From a virus (lineage: Duplodnaviria; Heunggongvirae; Uroviricota; Caudoviricetes), in the IMG/VR virus record IMGVR_UViG_3300021963_000036: DNA of 64,000 bases; one strand, given 5' to 3'. The notes beneath the pieces were generated by a model. That model had not been told where the DNA came from. It did no database searches and saw nothing but the letters and a program-made list of their open reading frames with translations. Made by a program: the position numbers and the translations under genes. Position 1 is the stretch's first letter; every line of letters starts with the position of its first letter. Of this stretch, positions 17,938 to 27,323 are shown one piece after another.

Positions 17938-19182
17938 ATGCGAATGTTTCTGGTCGGTGGCTTTGTCCGCGACCACCAAATGGGTATGATGCCACAAGAC
18001 CGCGACTATGTCGTTACTGGCACAACTGAAGAAGAATTCCTGAAAGCTTCACCCTTTGGGCATACGTTCTCAAAGGTTGGTGCAGCATTTCCAGTTTACA
18101 TCGATGATACCGGCAATGAGTGGGCTCTGGCTCGTCGCGAAAAGAAAGTCGGTAAAGGTTATCATGGCTTCGAATCAACCTCTGGTCCTGAAGTGACGAT
18201 CGAAGAAGATCTGTCTCGTCGTGATCTGACCGTGAATGCTATGGCTATCGAGATCTTCGAAGATATGAAGACTCGCATCGTCAACACCATCGATCCTTTC
18301 AACGGTCAAGAAGATCTGAAGAACAAAGTTCTGCGACACACCTCTGATGCTTTTGCTGAAGATCCTGTTCGTGTTCTGCGACTGGCTCGATTCCGTGCAC
18401 GCTTTGGCCCTGAATGGACAGTTGCTCCAGAGACTGTTGCTCTGGTTTCTTCGATGGCGAAGAAGGGTGTTCTGAATGAGCTGACGGCTGAACGTGTTTG
18501 GAAAGAACTGAGTCGAGCTCTGATGGAAGATCATGCACGGCTGTTCTTCGATACTCTGCTGGAATGTGATGCGCTGCATGTTCTGTTTCCAGAAGTCTAC
18601 AAACTGAAGACTGCTCTGGAAGCGCGGCGTTGGCACCCAGAAGGTGATGCTTACGAGCACACTATGCTGGTTCTGACTCAAGCTGTCGAGAGCAACTTCG
18701 ATCTGGAGACACGACTGGCTTGTCTGGTTCACGACTTCGGCAAGGGTCTGACTCCTCGTGATCAACTGCCCAAGCACTACGGGCACGAGGTTTCGGGTGT
18801 TAAGGTTGCTAAGGACTTCTGTGATCGTCTGACTGTTCCGTCGAAGATGCGGGATCGAGTGATGAAGACCACTCGTTTCCATATGCATATGCATAAGCTG
18901 GATACCCTGAACCCAAAGACTTGGGTAAAGATGTTCATGGAAATGGATGCGTTTCGTGATCCGGAAGTCGTCCTGCTGCTGTGGGCTGTTGGTGTCTGCG
19001 ATGAAAACGGTCGACTGGGTTCTGAGGACTCCGATACTTCTCACCTGATGAAGGTTCGACAAGTCTTCGATCGTGTTCGTATGGTAAAGTTTGCCGATGT
19101 CTTTCCGAATGGTGAAAAGAACCCTATGAAGATCAAGGACGGTATCTTCAAAGCGCGTGTTCAGGCGGTTAAGTCTGCCTGA
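17938..19182 (+). CDS. cca: tRNA nucleotidyltransferase (CCA-adding enzyme) with C-terminal HD domain
   Basis: GGFVRD and RRDLTVNAMA polymerase-beta-type head motifs; VHDFGKG HD motif; start at MRMFLVGG with AAGGAA RBS. Confidence 0.8.
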   Translation: MRMFLVGGFVRDHQMGMMPQDRDYVVTGTTEEEFLKASPFGHTFSKVGAAFPVYIDDTGNEWALARREKKVGKGYHGFESTSGPEVTIEEDLSRRDLTVNAMAIEIFEDMKTRIVNTIDPFNGQEDLKNKVLRHTSDAFAEDPVRVLRLARFRARFGPEWTVAPETVALVSSMAKKGVLNELTAERVWKELSRALMEDHARLFFDTLLECDALHVLFPEVYKLKTALEARRWHPEGDAYEHTMLVLTQAVESNFDLETRLACLVHDFGKGLTPRDQLPKHYGHEVSGVKVAKDFCDRLTVPSKMRDRVMKTTRFHMHMHKLDTLNPKTWVKMFMEMDAFRDPEVVLLLWAVGVCDENGRLGSEDSDTSHLMKVRQVFDRVRMVKFADVFPNGEKNPMKIKDGIFKARVQAVKSA

Positions 19183-19203
19183 ACTTTAATAAGGAAATGG
19201 ATA

Positions 19204-19641
19204 ATGTCTGTAATTGAAAAACTGAAAGCTGAATCGCTTGCTCTTCGCAAGACGAAAAATCCTGTTGCTGCTTCGATCGTATTTGCTTTGAGCGAAATCG
19301 AGAAGTTTGGTAAGAACAATGGCAACCGTGCTACAACTGAAGACGAAGCCATCAAGGTTATCCAAAAGCTGATTGCAACAATCGACGAAAACTTGAAGGT
19401 TACCACCGATGATGGTCGTAAGGTTGCTTTCAACTTCGAGAAGAATATTCTAATGGGTGTTCTGCCCCAGATGGCATCTGACGATGAAATCTTGGATTTA
19501 ATTAATTCTATCATGGCAGGTAAAACTGCTGAAAACATGCCAAAGAAAAGTGAATTCATGCAAGCTGCGCGGTTTACCTTTGGTGCAAAGGTTGACATGA
19601 AACGTGTTAGCCAAATCCTTCTTGACACGTACGGAGTATGA
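19204..19641 (+). CDS. GatB/YqeY-domain protein
   Basis: 145 aa; YqeY-like helical pattern (…DEILDLINSIMAGK…MKRVSQIL). Confidence 0.5.
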   Translation: MSVIEKLKAESLALRKTKNPVAASIVFALSEIEKFGKNNGNRATTEDEAIKVIQKLIATIDENLKVTTDDGRKVAFNFEKNILMGVLPQMASDDEILDLINSIMAGKTAENMPKKSEFMQAARFTFGAKVDMKRVSQILLDTYGV

Positions 19642-19644
19642 TAT

Positions 19645-20128
19645 GACAAAAGTAGTTAAAGCGCCTGAGAAGTACGAAGAAACGAACGCCATTCGAATCT
19701 TCCTTGGTGGTTCAATTGATATGGGTGCTGCAGAAAACTGGCAGGATCGTTTAGTAAAAGATCTTGCTGACTATGCTGATGAAGATGTGATTCTGCTTAA
19801 TCCTCGCCGTGATGATTGGGATTCGTCATGGATTCAAGACCCTACTCCTGGGACTCAGTTTTATGAGCAGGTTGCATGGGAACTTGAAGAGCAGGAGAAC
19901 GCTGAGGGTATCGTTTATTACTTTGCTGCAGATTCGAAAGCACCGATCACTCTGCTCGAACTCGGACTGTTTGGTCAAGGTAATGCTATCGTGTGTTGCC
20001 CGAAAGAGTTCTATCGGTATGGCAACGTGAAGATGGTGTGCGATCGATACAATATCACAATGGTTGAAACTTATGATGAACTCGTGGAGTTTCTCAAAGA
20101 AGCGATCGACGACGAACTTAACGGTTGA
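19645..20128 (+). CDS. nucleoside 2-deoxyribosyltransferase-like protein
   Basis: IFLGGSIDMG ... ITLLELGLFGQGNAIV flavodoxin-like Rcl/NDT pattern. Confidence 0.5.
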
Positions 20129-20192
20129 CATTTTTTCAACTTATGATAGACTGAATAAATATGGTCGCATGACCTAACATAGGAGAACTAAA

Positions 20193-20477
20193 ATGGCTAA
20201 AAAGGGTGGTAAAAGCAAAGGCTTCATCTCGAAGGGCATTCACAGCAATGTGAGCCGTAAGATCACGAATGCTATGCGTTCCGAGTATCTGCAATCGGGT
20301 GAACGCGTCCTGAACCAAATGGCAGCTTTGCGTAAAGGTAAGGATGTAGTTATGACCATTGCGAATCCGAATAAAGAACAGACGAACAAGAAGTTCATCA
20401 AAGTTCGCATCTCGGGCAAAGAGTTTGTTCAACGTCTGAAGGATAACTCGCGTGTCCAGAAGACTGTCGAGGCGTAA
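20193..20477 (+). CDS. basic small protein (possible nucleic-acid binding)
   Basis: 94 aa, Lys/Arg-rich; preceded by a TTGACA element at 20125. Confidence 0.4.
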   Translation: MAKKGGKSKGFISKGIHSNVSRKITNAMRSEYLQSGERVLNQMAALRKGKDVVMTIANPNKEQTNKKFIKVRISGKEFVQRLKDNSRVQKTVEA

Positions 20478-20731
20478 TGATTACGATCTACGGCGCAGAA
20501 TGGTGCGCATGGTGCAAGAAAGCTAAAGAGCTTGCCGAAGATCAACAACTGAAATATGAATGGAAGGACGTCGAAGATCTTTCCATTTATGACGAGATGA
20601 AGTCACGTATCCCTGCAGGAAAAACAACCATTCCTCAGATATTCTGGGATAAACGGCACATCGGTGGATACACTGACTTTGCGATGGAAATAGAAAATAC
20701 ATCTGGAGGATACGGTGATGGAAAATTCTAA
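20477..20731 (+). CDS. nrdC: glutaredoxin/thioredoxin (NrdC-like)
   Basis: MITIYGAEWCAWCKKAKEL CxxC active site; 84 aa. Confidence 0.7.
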   Translation: MITIYGAEWCAWCKKAKELAEDQQLKYEWKDVEDLSIYDEMKSRIPAGKTTIPQIFWDKRHIGGYTDFAMEIENTSGGYGDGKF

Positions 20732-20963
20732 AGTTATCGAACTATTAAAAGAAGAAGTTGTAGATATCGAATTTACAAAGAAAGACGGCACACGTCGTAT
20801 TATGACGTGTACTCTTATGCCTGAAAAGCTTCCTAAACAAATTGATGTTGAAGAAGTTGCTCTCAATACAGAGTCGCTTGCCGTCTTTGATCTTATTAAT
20901 CAAGGCTGGCGCTCTTTCCGTTGGGATAGCCTTGAAAAGGTTAATGGAGAATCTTTTGTCTAA
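20715..20963 (+). CDS. hypothetical protein
   Basis: 82-aa ORF overlapping both neighbours. Confidence 0.3.
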   Translation: MMENSKVIELLKEEVVDIEFTKKDGTRRIMTCTLMPEKLPKQIDVEEVALNTESLAVFDLINQGWRSFRWDSLEKVNGESFV

Positions 20964-21855
20964 TAACCCTGCACGGGGTGGAACAGAACTCATGGCGGAT
21001 CGGATTAACTCCCTTCCGCCTGAGTTGCTTTCTCACTTCCAAATTATTCATTCACGAGTGCGTGAACTTGATTCTACTAAGAAGAAGATTCTAGTTCTAC
21101 ATGATCTAGCCGGCGATCCTGAAGTCCAGCATCTCAGAAACGATGGCTGGAAGAAATTTGATAAGCTTGTATTTGTTAGCCATTGGCAACAACAGATGTA
21201 CAACGCATACCTTGGTGTTCCGTTTGACGCTGGGGTTGTTCTACAAAACGCAATTGAACCTATTGGCATCCATCTGAAAAAGGCTGATAAGGTTCGTCTG
21301 ATGTACTTCTCGACTCCTCATCGTGGTCTTGAGTTGTTATACCCATCATTCAATCATTTGTACAAGAAGTACGGTGACAAGATCGAACTGAATGTGTTCT
21401 CTTCTTTCAACCTCTATGGTTGGGAAGAACGTGATAAGCAATATGAGTCAGTATTCAAGTTGTTGAAAGCACATCCTGGAATCAACTACTCGAAAGCGGT
21501 GTCTAACGAAACAATTCGTGAAGAACTGAAGCGTTCGCATATTCTAGCTTATCCATCTATCTGGCAAGAGACTTCGTGTTTAGTCTTGATCGAAGCGATG
21601 TGTGCTGGACTCACGTGTGTTCATTCATCACTCGCAGCACTTCCTGAGACAGCTTTGGGTTGTACATACATGTATGATTATACTGAGAACCAGATCACAC
21701 ATATGCAGAGGTTCACTCAGACTCTTGACGAAGCTATTCAGGATGTTGCCGATGATATGTCAATGTCAGAAGATCGTATTGAATTCGTCAACGAGACATA
21801 CTCGTGGCACAACAGAAAACTGCAATGGGAAAACCTGTTGACATCTCTCCTGTGA
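20944..21855 (+). CDS. glycosyltransferase (GT-B / GT1-like)
   Basis: C-terminal ...ILAYPSIWQETSCLVLIEAMCAGLTCV resembles the GT1 E-x7-E region; alternative start at ATG 20992. Confidence 0.45.
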   Translation: MENLLSNNPARGGTELMADRINSLPPELLSHFQIIHSRVRELDSTKKKILVLHDLAGDPEVQHLRNDGWKKFDKLVFVSHWQQQMYNAYLGVPFDAGVVLQNAIEPIGIHLKKADKVRLMYFSTPHRGLELLYPSFNHLYKKYGDKIELNVFSSFNLYGWEERDKQYESVFKLLKAHPGINYSKAVSNETIREELKRSHILAYPSIWQETSCLVLIEAMCAGLTCVHSSLAALPETALGCTYMYDYTENQITHMQRFTQTLDEAIQDVADDMSMSEDRIEFVNETYSWHNRKLQWENLLTSLL

Positions 21856-21885
21856 TGGAGTATAGTTTGACTGAAGGAGTAAACT

Positions 21886-23094
21886 ATGGCAAAAGCATCA
21901 CTTAAGACTATTACGGCTAAGAAGAAGAAACCGGATCTTAAACCGGTTCCTCAACGCAAGTCAAGCGCAGCCAAGATCCTTGAAGAACGGCATATCGGTG
22001 CAGAGATCACCGATTGGTCGACTGTTAAAAACATGGATCACGCGATCTATCAGAACCTTCGTAACTATGGTTACTTCTATGATCATAAAGAAGCTTTTGG
22101 TTGGGCTACCACTTGGGTAAAGAAACACCGTACAGCTTCAGAACTTGCTGACTTCAAAGAGTCTGAAGATTGGCGCGTGAATACTACACTTGGTGGGCTC
22201 GCAAAAATGCATATGGCTGGTGCACCTCTCGAAGAGAAGTATATGAAGCGTTTGAATGATGGTATCAACGCTGCTATCAAAGCCGGTGCAGCAAATCGTG
22301 CTGTAACAGAAGCAGCTTTAAAAACTATGCCGGTGAAAACCGCTGCAGACGTTTTGAATAGTCGTATCAGTGACTTTATTGCTGAAGTCGAGTATGTGAT
22401 TGATCTTTATCATGATCCGAAGACGTGGGTTGATGGTGAGAACTATTCGGTGTTTAATGAACTCAAAAAGATCGCTGCGCCAAAGCCTTTGGCACAAAGT
22501 GTGTACGACTATTACAAACCGCTGTATGATGAGATTGATGAACTCATCACAAACAAGACGCCAGATCTTGTTGAAGGCTATGGACATCTGAAGACTGCTA
22601 AAGAAAAGAAAGACTATTGGTCCTTCATCAAGAATATCATCGATGATTGCCAAAAGTATCAGAACGCTCAAGCCGCAACTAAAGTCCGTGCTGTTCGTCA
22701 GCCACGCGCTAAGAAGAAAATTCCTGTTGAAAAACTTGTTGCTAAGGTTCAATATCAAAAAGAAAGTGCTGAATACAAACTCACTTCAGTCGACCCTGCA
22801 AATGTGATTGGCGCAACTGATGTATATCTATTCAACACGAAGAGTCGACAGCTCATCCAACTGGTTGCAGCTTCAGTCGATGGGTTTAGTATCCGTGGTA
22901 CAACTATCACAAACTTCTCAGAGACATCATCTTGGCGAAAGACTTTGCGTAAGCCTGAAGAAGTTCTTACAAGTATCGGTAAAACGACCAAAGCACGAGT
23001 TGCAAAGGTATTCATTGATATTACGACAAAGGCTGCTCCGGCAAACGGTCGACTCAATGAAGATACAATCATCCTGAAAGTGTTTAAGGGTTGA
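21886..23094 (+). CDS. hypothetical protein
   Basis: 402-aa ORF with strong GAAGGAG RBS. Confidence 0.5.
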   Translation: MAKASLKTITAKKKKPDLKPVPQRKSSAAKILEERHIGAEITDWSTVKNMDHAIYQNLRNYGYFYDHKEAFGWATTWVKKHRTASELADFKESEDWRVNTTLGGLAKMHMAGAPLEEKYMKRLNDGINAAIKAGAANRAVTEAALKTMPVKTAADVLNSRISDFIAEVEYVIDLYHDPKTWVDGENYSVFNELKKIAAPKPLAQSVYDYYKPLYDEIDELITNKTPDLVEGYGHLKTAKEKKDYWSFIKNIIDDCQKYQNAQAATKVRAVRQPRAKKKIPVEKLVAKVQYQKESAEYKLTSVDPANVIGATDVYLFNTKSRQLIQLVAASVDGFSIRGTTITNFSETSSWRKTLRKPEEVLTSIGKTTKARVAKVFIDITTKAAPANGRLNEDTIILKVFKG

Positions 23095-23119
23095 CATTTG
23101 AAAAAAAGTGATATATACT
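23091..23119 (+). promoter_or_regulatory. sigma70-type promoter (TTGACA-17-TATACT)
   Basis: ttgaca at 23091-23096, tatact at 23114-23119. Confidence 0.5.
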
Positions 23120-23150
23120 TATCTAGTTATAAATTCTCAGGAGCTCTAAC

Positions 23151-24005
23151 ATGGCCATTCTGGTCGATCTAAATCAAGTAATGATTGCTAACCTTATGGT
23201 TCAAATTGGCAATCATCATAACGCCGAAGTTGACGAGAACATGATTCGTCACATGGTACTTAACTCTATCCGGTATAATCGGGTAAAGTTTAAAGATGAG
23301 TTTGGTGAACTCATCATCTGCGCTGATGATAAGAATTATTGGCGTCGAGCGCAATTTCCCTACTACAAAGCAGCCCGTCGCAAGAATCGTGAAGAGTCAG
23401 AACTCGATTGGTCTTCGATCTTTGCAGCACTGAATAAAGTTCGTCAAGAACTGAAAGACGTGTTTCCGTACAAAGTCATTCAAATCGACGGCGCTGAAGC
23501 TGATGACATCATTGGTACGATTATCCACAAAGAAGGTAAGCTTCTGAATGCTGGTGAAAAGTTCCTTATTCTATCAGGTGATAAGGACTACATCCAACTT
23601 CATAAGTATGCAAACGTAAAGCAATACAATCCGGTGATGAAGAAATTCGTGGTTCATTCGAATCCTGAAGAGTATCTATTTGAGCACATCGTTAAAGGCG
23701 ATGCTGGAGATGGTGTGCCTAACATCCTTTCTCCGGATAACTCCTTTGTTCTTGGTATCCGTCAGAAGCCGGTTACTAAGAAGAGATTGGAAGAGTGGCT
23801 TGATATAAATAAGATGAGTTCAGAAGTTAAGCGCAACTATTTGCGTAACAAAGCACTCATCGATCTATCAGAGATTCCCTCGCATATCCAAGAAAAAATC
23901 ATCGAAGAATATGAACGTGAAAACACGAAAGATCGGTCGCAACTTCTCAACTTTTTTATCCAAAACAGATTGAAACTGCTCACTGAAAATCTCGGTGAGT
24001 TTTGA
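23151..24005 (+). CDS. rnh: RNase H / 5'-3' flap exonuclease (T4 rnh-like)
   Basis: IRHMVLNSIRYN (T4: VRHLILNSIKFN) and LHKYANVKQYNPVMKKF (T4: LHKYPNVKQWSPMHKKW); acidic metal-site residues conserved. Confidence 0.85.
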   Translation: MAILVDLNQVMIANLMVQIGNHHNAEVDENMIRHMVLNSIRYNRVKFKDEFGELIICADDKNYWRRAQFPYYKAARRKNREESELDWSSIFAALNKVRQELKDVFPYKVIQIDGAEADDIIGTIIHKEGKLLNAGEKFLILSGDKDYIQLHKYANVKQYNPVMKKFVVHSNPEEYLFEHIVKGDAGDGVPNILSPDNSFVLGIRQKPVTKKRLEEWLDINKMSSEVKRNYLRNKALIDLSEIPSHIQEKIIEEYERENTKDRSQLLNFFIQNRLKLLTENLGEF

Positions 24006-24017
24006 CCGGAGAACCAA

Positions 24018-24497
24018 TTGAGTAATACACGTTCATTATCAGAAATCGTGACTAAAGCATGCGAAATGAAAACCCAAGAAGAAAAGGTATCTTGGCTTAA
24101 AGAAAACAATAGCGAAGCATTACGCACGATTCTAACTGTCATGTTTGACAAAGCAAACTTTGTGTGGAATATCCCGAGTGATTCGATTCCACCCTATAAA
24201 CCATCACCGCATGTAGAGTCTCATGGTATGTTGTATCGTCAGACCCGTAAACTTCGATACTTTATCAAAGGGTACGACGGTGAAAATCTAAGTCAATATC
24301 GTAGAGAGTTCTTGTTTATTGAGATGCTCGAAAGCATTGATCAAGAAGACGCTAAGCTTATGGAAAAAGTCCTTCTACAGACACCACCTGATGGACTCAC
24401 ATTAAACGCAGTAAATGAGGCACTTGGCCTTACTATTGCTACTACAGACGAAAAACCTGAACCGAAGAAAAGAGGCAGAAAACCTAAAAATGTCTAA
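24018..24497 (+). CDS. hypothetical protein
   Basis: 159-aa ORF. Confidence 0.45.
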   Translation: MSNTRSLSEIVTKACEMKTQEEKVSWLKENNSEALRTILTVMFDKANFVWNIPSDSIPPYKPSPHVESHGMLYRQTRKLRYFIKGYDGENLSQYRREFLFIEMLESIDQEDAKLMEKVLLQTPPDGLTLNAVNEALGLTIATTDEKPEPKKRGRKPKNV

Positions 24498-24663
24498 GAA
24501 GCAGAAGAATTTTAAAGAATGGCATGATGACGAGTGGGGTACATCTGACGATGTTAAGCGAGATGGAAAGCGCTACAACGCAAAGAAAGAGTTCGTAAAA
24601 CAAGAAAGAGATCGTAAGTCTCGTCAGAAAAATAGCTTCTTTGAGATTGATAAGAGCAATTGA
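24494..24663 (+). CDS. hypothetical basic small protein
   Basis: 57 codons, Lys/Arg-rich, overlapping the upstream stop (ATGTCTAAG). Confidence 0.3.
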
Positions 24664-24688
24664 CATTTCTTCGGGAATGACTTAATAT
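24660..24688 (+). promoter_or_regulatory. sigma70-type promoter (TTGACA-17-TAATAT)
   Basis: ttgaca at 24660-24665, taatat at 24683-24688. Confidence 0.5.
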
Positions 24689-24714
24689 ACAATGTAACTG
24701 AGTGAAAGATAGAT

Positions 24715-25296
24715 ATGAATCTCGCGAAAAAAGTAATTCTAGTCGACGCAGACGGTGTTCTGCTTGACTGGTTCCATAGTTTTGCACAATGGATGAACTT
24801 CCATGGATACCCCATCGTTGTAAATGATGAGTATCAAATTGAAAAGACTTTTGATATTCCTAAGGAACAAGCAAAAGCTCTTGCTCGGCACTTTAATGAA
24901 AGTGCACGAATCGAACACCTTCCGCCCTTTCGTGATGCTATCAAATATGTCCGTAAGCTTCACGAAGAACACGGTTATGTATTCCACTGTATCACATCGT
25001 TGAGTTCTGATCCTTTTGCTGGACACCTGAGGCAGAAGAACTTAAAAGCGCTGTTTGGTGAAACTGTGTTCGAAAAAATCATGTGTCTCGATACTGGTGC
25101 TGATAAAGATGAAGCTTTGGCACCATACAAAGACACTGGCTGTATCTGGGTAGAAGACAAGTTTGAAAATGCTATGGCTGGCCTGAATGCGGGATTGACT
25201 CCATTCTTGCTAGATCATGGGCACAACAAAAATCAGCATCATCCTGACATCCAACGTGTAAATAACTGGCGCCACATTTATGAGTTGATTGTCTAA
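24715..25296 (+). CDS. HAD-superfamily 5'(3')-deoxyribonucleotidase-like hydrolase
   Basis: ILVDADGVLLDW is the HAD motif I (DxDG). Confidence 0.6.
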   Translation: MNLAKKVILVDADGVLLDWFHSFAQWMNFHGYPIVVNDEYQIEKTFDIPKEQAKALARHFNESARIEHLPPFRDAIKYVRKLHEEHGYVFHCITSLSSDPFAGHLRQKNLKALFGETVFEKIMCLDTGADKDEALAPYKDTGCIWVEDKFENAMAGLNAGLTPFLLDHGHNKNQHHPDIQRVNNWRHIYELIV

Positions 25297-25300
25297 TAGA

Positions 25301-25308
25301 TATAAATA
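25301..25308 (+). promoter_or_regulatory. candidate T4-late-type promoter TATAAATA
   Basis: tataaata inside the near-palindrome AGATATAAATATCT, 58 nt upstream of ATG 25366. Confidence 0.3.
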
Positions 25309-25325
25309 TCTTTGTGGTAGTGAAC

Positions 25326-25353
25326 AAAGGGATCCTACGGGGTCCCTTTTTTA
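25326..25353 (+). terminator. rho-independent terminator
   Basis: AAGGGATCC-tacg-GGGTCCCTTTTTT. Confidence 0.7.
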
Positions 25354-25365
25354 TTGGAGACAAAT

Positions 25366-25600
25366 GATGCCAACTTATACATTCAGAAACGAATCAACCG
25401 AAGAGGAAGTAACGCACTTCATGACTTGGGCTGAACGTGAAGAATTTGTTAAACAAAACCCCGACTTCAAACAGATTCTCACTGCACCAGCTATTGCTGA
25501 TTCAGTGCGTCTAGGTGTGCGAAAAATTGATAGAGGCTTTAACGACGTCCTTCAGAAAGCCAAAAGCGCGCATCTACATTCAACTATCGAGACACTCTAA
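25366..25600 (+). CDS. hypothetical protein
   Basis: 78-aa ORF beginning MMPTYTFRNE. Confidence 0.4.
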
Positions 25601-25614
25601 CACAAGGACCAATA

Positions 25615-26367
25615 ATGCCTCTGCAACAACAAGCAAGAATAACTAAGCGGCAGAAACGAATTAGTAAGCAACAAGGGATGCACGACGAGACTAGAGAACC
25701 AAAAGCGTTCTTAATGAAAGATGATATTAGTCCCATGACAGACAACCAGCGTGTTGCATTTGACCAGTGGGATGATGGATATAACCTAATGCTGCATGGC
25801 ATCGCGGGAACAGGTAAAACTTTCATCGGTATGTATTTAGCACTCAGCGAAGTACTCAAAACAAGTTCACCATATAGAAAAGTCTATATTGTTCGTTCTA
25901 CAGTGTCGACTCGCGATCAAGGGTTTCTTCCAGGATCGCTTAAAGATAAAGCCAAAGTCTTTGAAGCTCCATATGTTCCAATTGCAACCAAACTATTTGG
26001 TCGCGGTGATGCGTATGAAGTCTTGAAAGGAAAGGGCATAATCGAGTTCATCACTACGTCTTATCTTCGTGGCGAAACATTTGATAACTGCATTTTGCTT
26101 GTTGACGAAGTTCAAAATATGGGTGACGGAGAACTTCACACGGTTATGACTCGCGTTGGAGAAAATTGCCGGATCTTGTTCTGTGGAGACGTTAAGCAGG
26201 ATGATCTTACATCTGAACGTAAGAAAGAATTGTCTGGTCTACGAGACTTCATGAGAATCATCCAGCATATGCGTGAATTTGAGTTTGTTAATTTTGAGAT
26301 TGAAGATATTGTTCGTTCGAAGCTCGTTAAGTCCTACATCATAGAAAGAGATAGACTAGGACTATGA
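25615..26367 (+). CDS. phoH: PhoH-family ATPase
   Basis: Walker A GIAGTGKT, Walker B ILLVDEVQN, and PhoH-like C-terminal region. Confidence 0.85.
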   Translation: MPLQQQARITKRQKRISKQQGMHDETREPKAFLMKDDISPMTDNQRVAFDQWDDGYNLMLHGIAGTGKTFIGMYLALSEVLKTSSPYRKVYIVRSTVSTRDQGFLPGSLKDKAKVFEAPYVPIATKLFGRGDAYEVLKGKGIIEFITTSYLRGETFDNCILLVDEVQNMGDGELHTVMTRVGENCRILFCGDVKQDDLTSERKKELSGLRDFMRIIQHMREFEFVNFEIEDIVRSKLVKSYIIERDRLGL

Positions 26368-26552
26368 GCGCAAAAATTACAGGTATATCACGAGTAAAAA
26401 CCGATGTTGACGGTGAACCATATATAGAATTCAATCCTCGTCTCCTAGCCCAAGTGGGCTGGGATGACAGGACTCTTCTCGAATGGGAAGTGATGGGCAA
26501 CATGGCTGTCATAAGGAAGAAAGAAGATGGCGGGAATAGCACGACAAGGTGA
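26364..26552 (+). CDS. small protein with AbrB/MazE-like swapped-hairpin pattern
   Basis: KITGISRVKTDVDGEPYIEFNPRLLAQVGW resembles SpoVT/AbrB/MazE N-terminus; weak. Confidence 0.3.
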   Translation: MSAKITGISRVKTDVDGEPYIEFNPRLLAQVGWDDRTLLEWEVMGNMAVIRKKEDGGNSTTR

Positions 26553-26826
26553 TTCAGTAGCAACTGGACATTTATGTGATACTACAACTACTTTAGACAC
26601 ACCTGGACAGTCGACTGTTTTTGTCGACGGTATCCTTGTTGCATGTCAAGGTGATTTAACAGTAACTCACGACTATAAGGTCGGTGATGCATGTGTACCC
26701 CATGTTGCATCAATTTCTGGTGCGACTTCAACTGTAAAGATCGGTGGTATATCCATCGCAAAATTAGGCGATGCTTGTGATGCAGGATCTATCACTAGTG
26801 CGTCATCAACTGTATTCATAGGATAA
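26527..26826 (+). CDS. PAAR-repeat spike-tip protein (T4 gp5.4-like)
   Basis: Three PAAR-like repeats: ARQGDSVATGHLC, VFVDGILVACQGD, VKIGGISIAKLGDAC; 99 aa. Confidence 0.6.
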   Translation: MAGIARQGDSVATGHLCDTTTTLDTPGQSTVFVDGILVACQGDLTVTHDYKVGDACVPHVASISGATSTVKIGGISIAKLGDACDAGSITSASSTVFIG

Positions 26827-26828
26827 TC

Positions 26829-27323
26829 ATGATAGGATTCAGGCAGTTTATGGAAAGAGCACCAACAAAGAAGTACGTAGCCGTACAGTATGATGCCGCC
26901 ACTCAGAAGAAGCTTCGTAAATGGGCTGAAGACAATGGTTTTGACTTGTCAACAAAGTACGACGGAACCAAACAGGATCCAGAAGACTTCGACTTTCATA
27001 CGACGATCTTCTTCACGTCTTCAGAGCACGATATTCCAAACTATATCAAGACAATTGCCCCGTCTGGAAGCGCAAAAGTAGTTGACATTATGATGCTTGG
27101 GGTTAATAATGACATACCTGTTCTGAAGATAGAATCACCTATGGTGTTACGTCTGCGTAAGCACTATGAGGATGCTTTCGATATGAAAGACGAGTGGCCT
27201 GAGTACAAGCCACATGTTTCCATATCGTACTCGAAAGATCTGCCTGACATGAACAAAGTGAAACTACCAACGTTTGAACTAACGTTTAACCAAGTGAAAG
27301 TTGATGATGGAGCAAGTTCGTAA
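26829..27323 (+). CDS. 2H phosphoesterase (LigT / 2',3'-cyclic phosphodiesterase-like)
   Basis: Two H-x-T/S-x motifs: FHTTIFF and PHVSISY, ~90 aa apart. Confidence 0.5.
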   Translation: MIGFRQFMERAPTKKYVAVQYDAATQKKLRKWAEDNGFDLSTKYDGTKQDPEDFDFHTTIFFTSSEHDIPNYIKTIAPSGSAKVVDIMMLGVNNDIPVLKIESPMVLRLRKHYEDAFDMKDEWPEYKPHVSISYSKDLPDMNKVKLPTFELTFNQVKVDDGASS

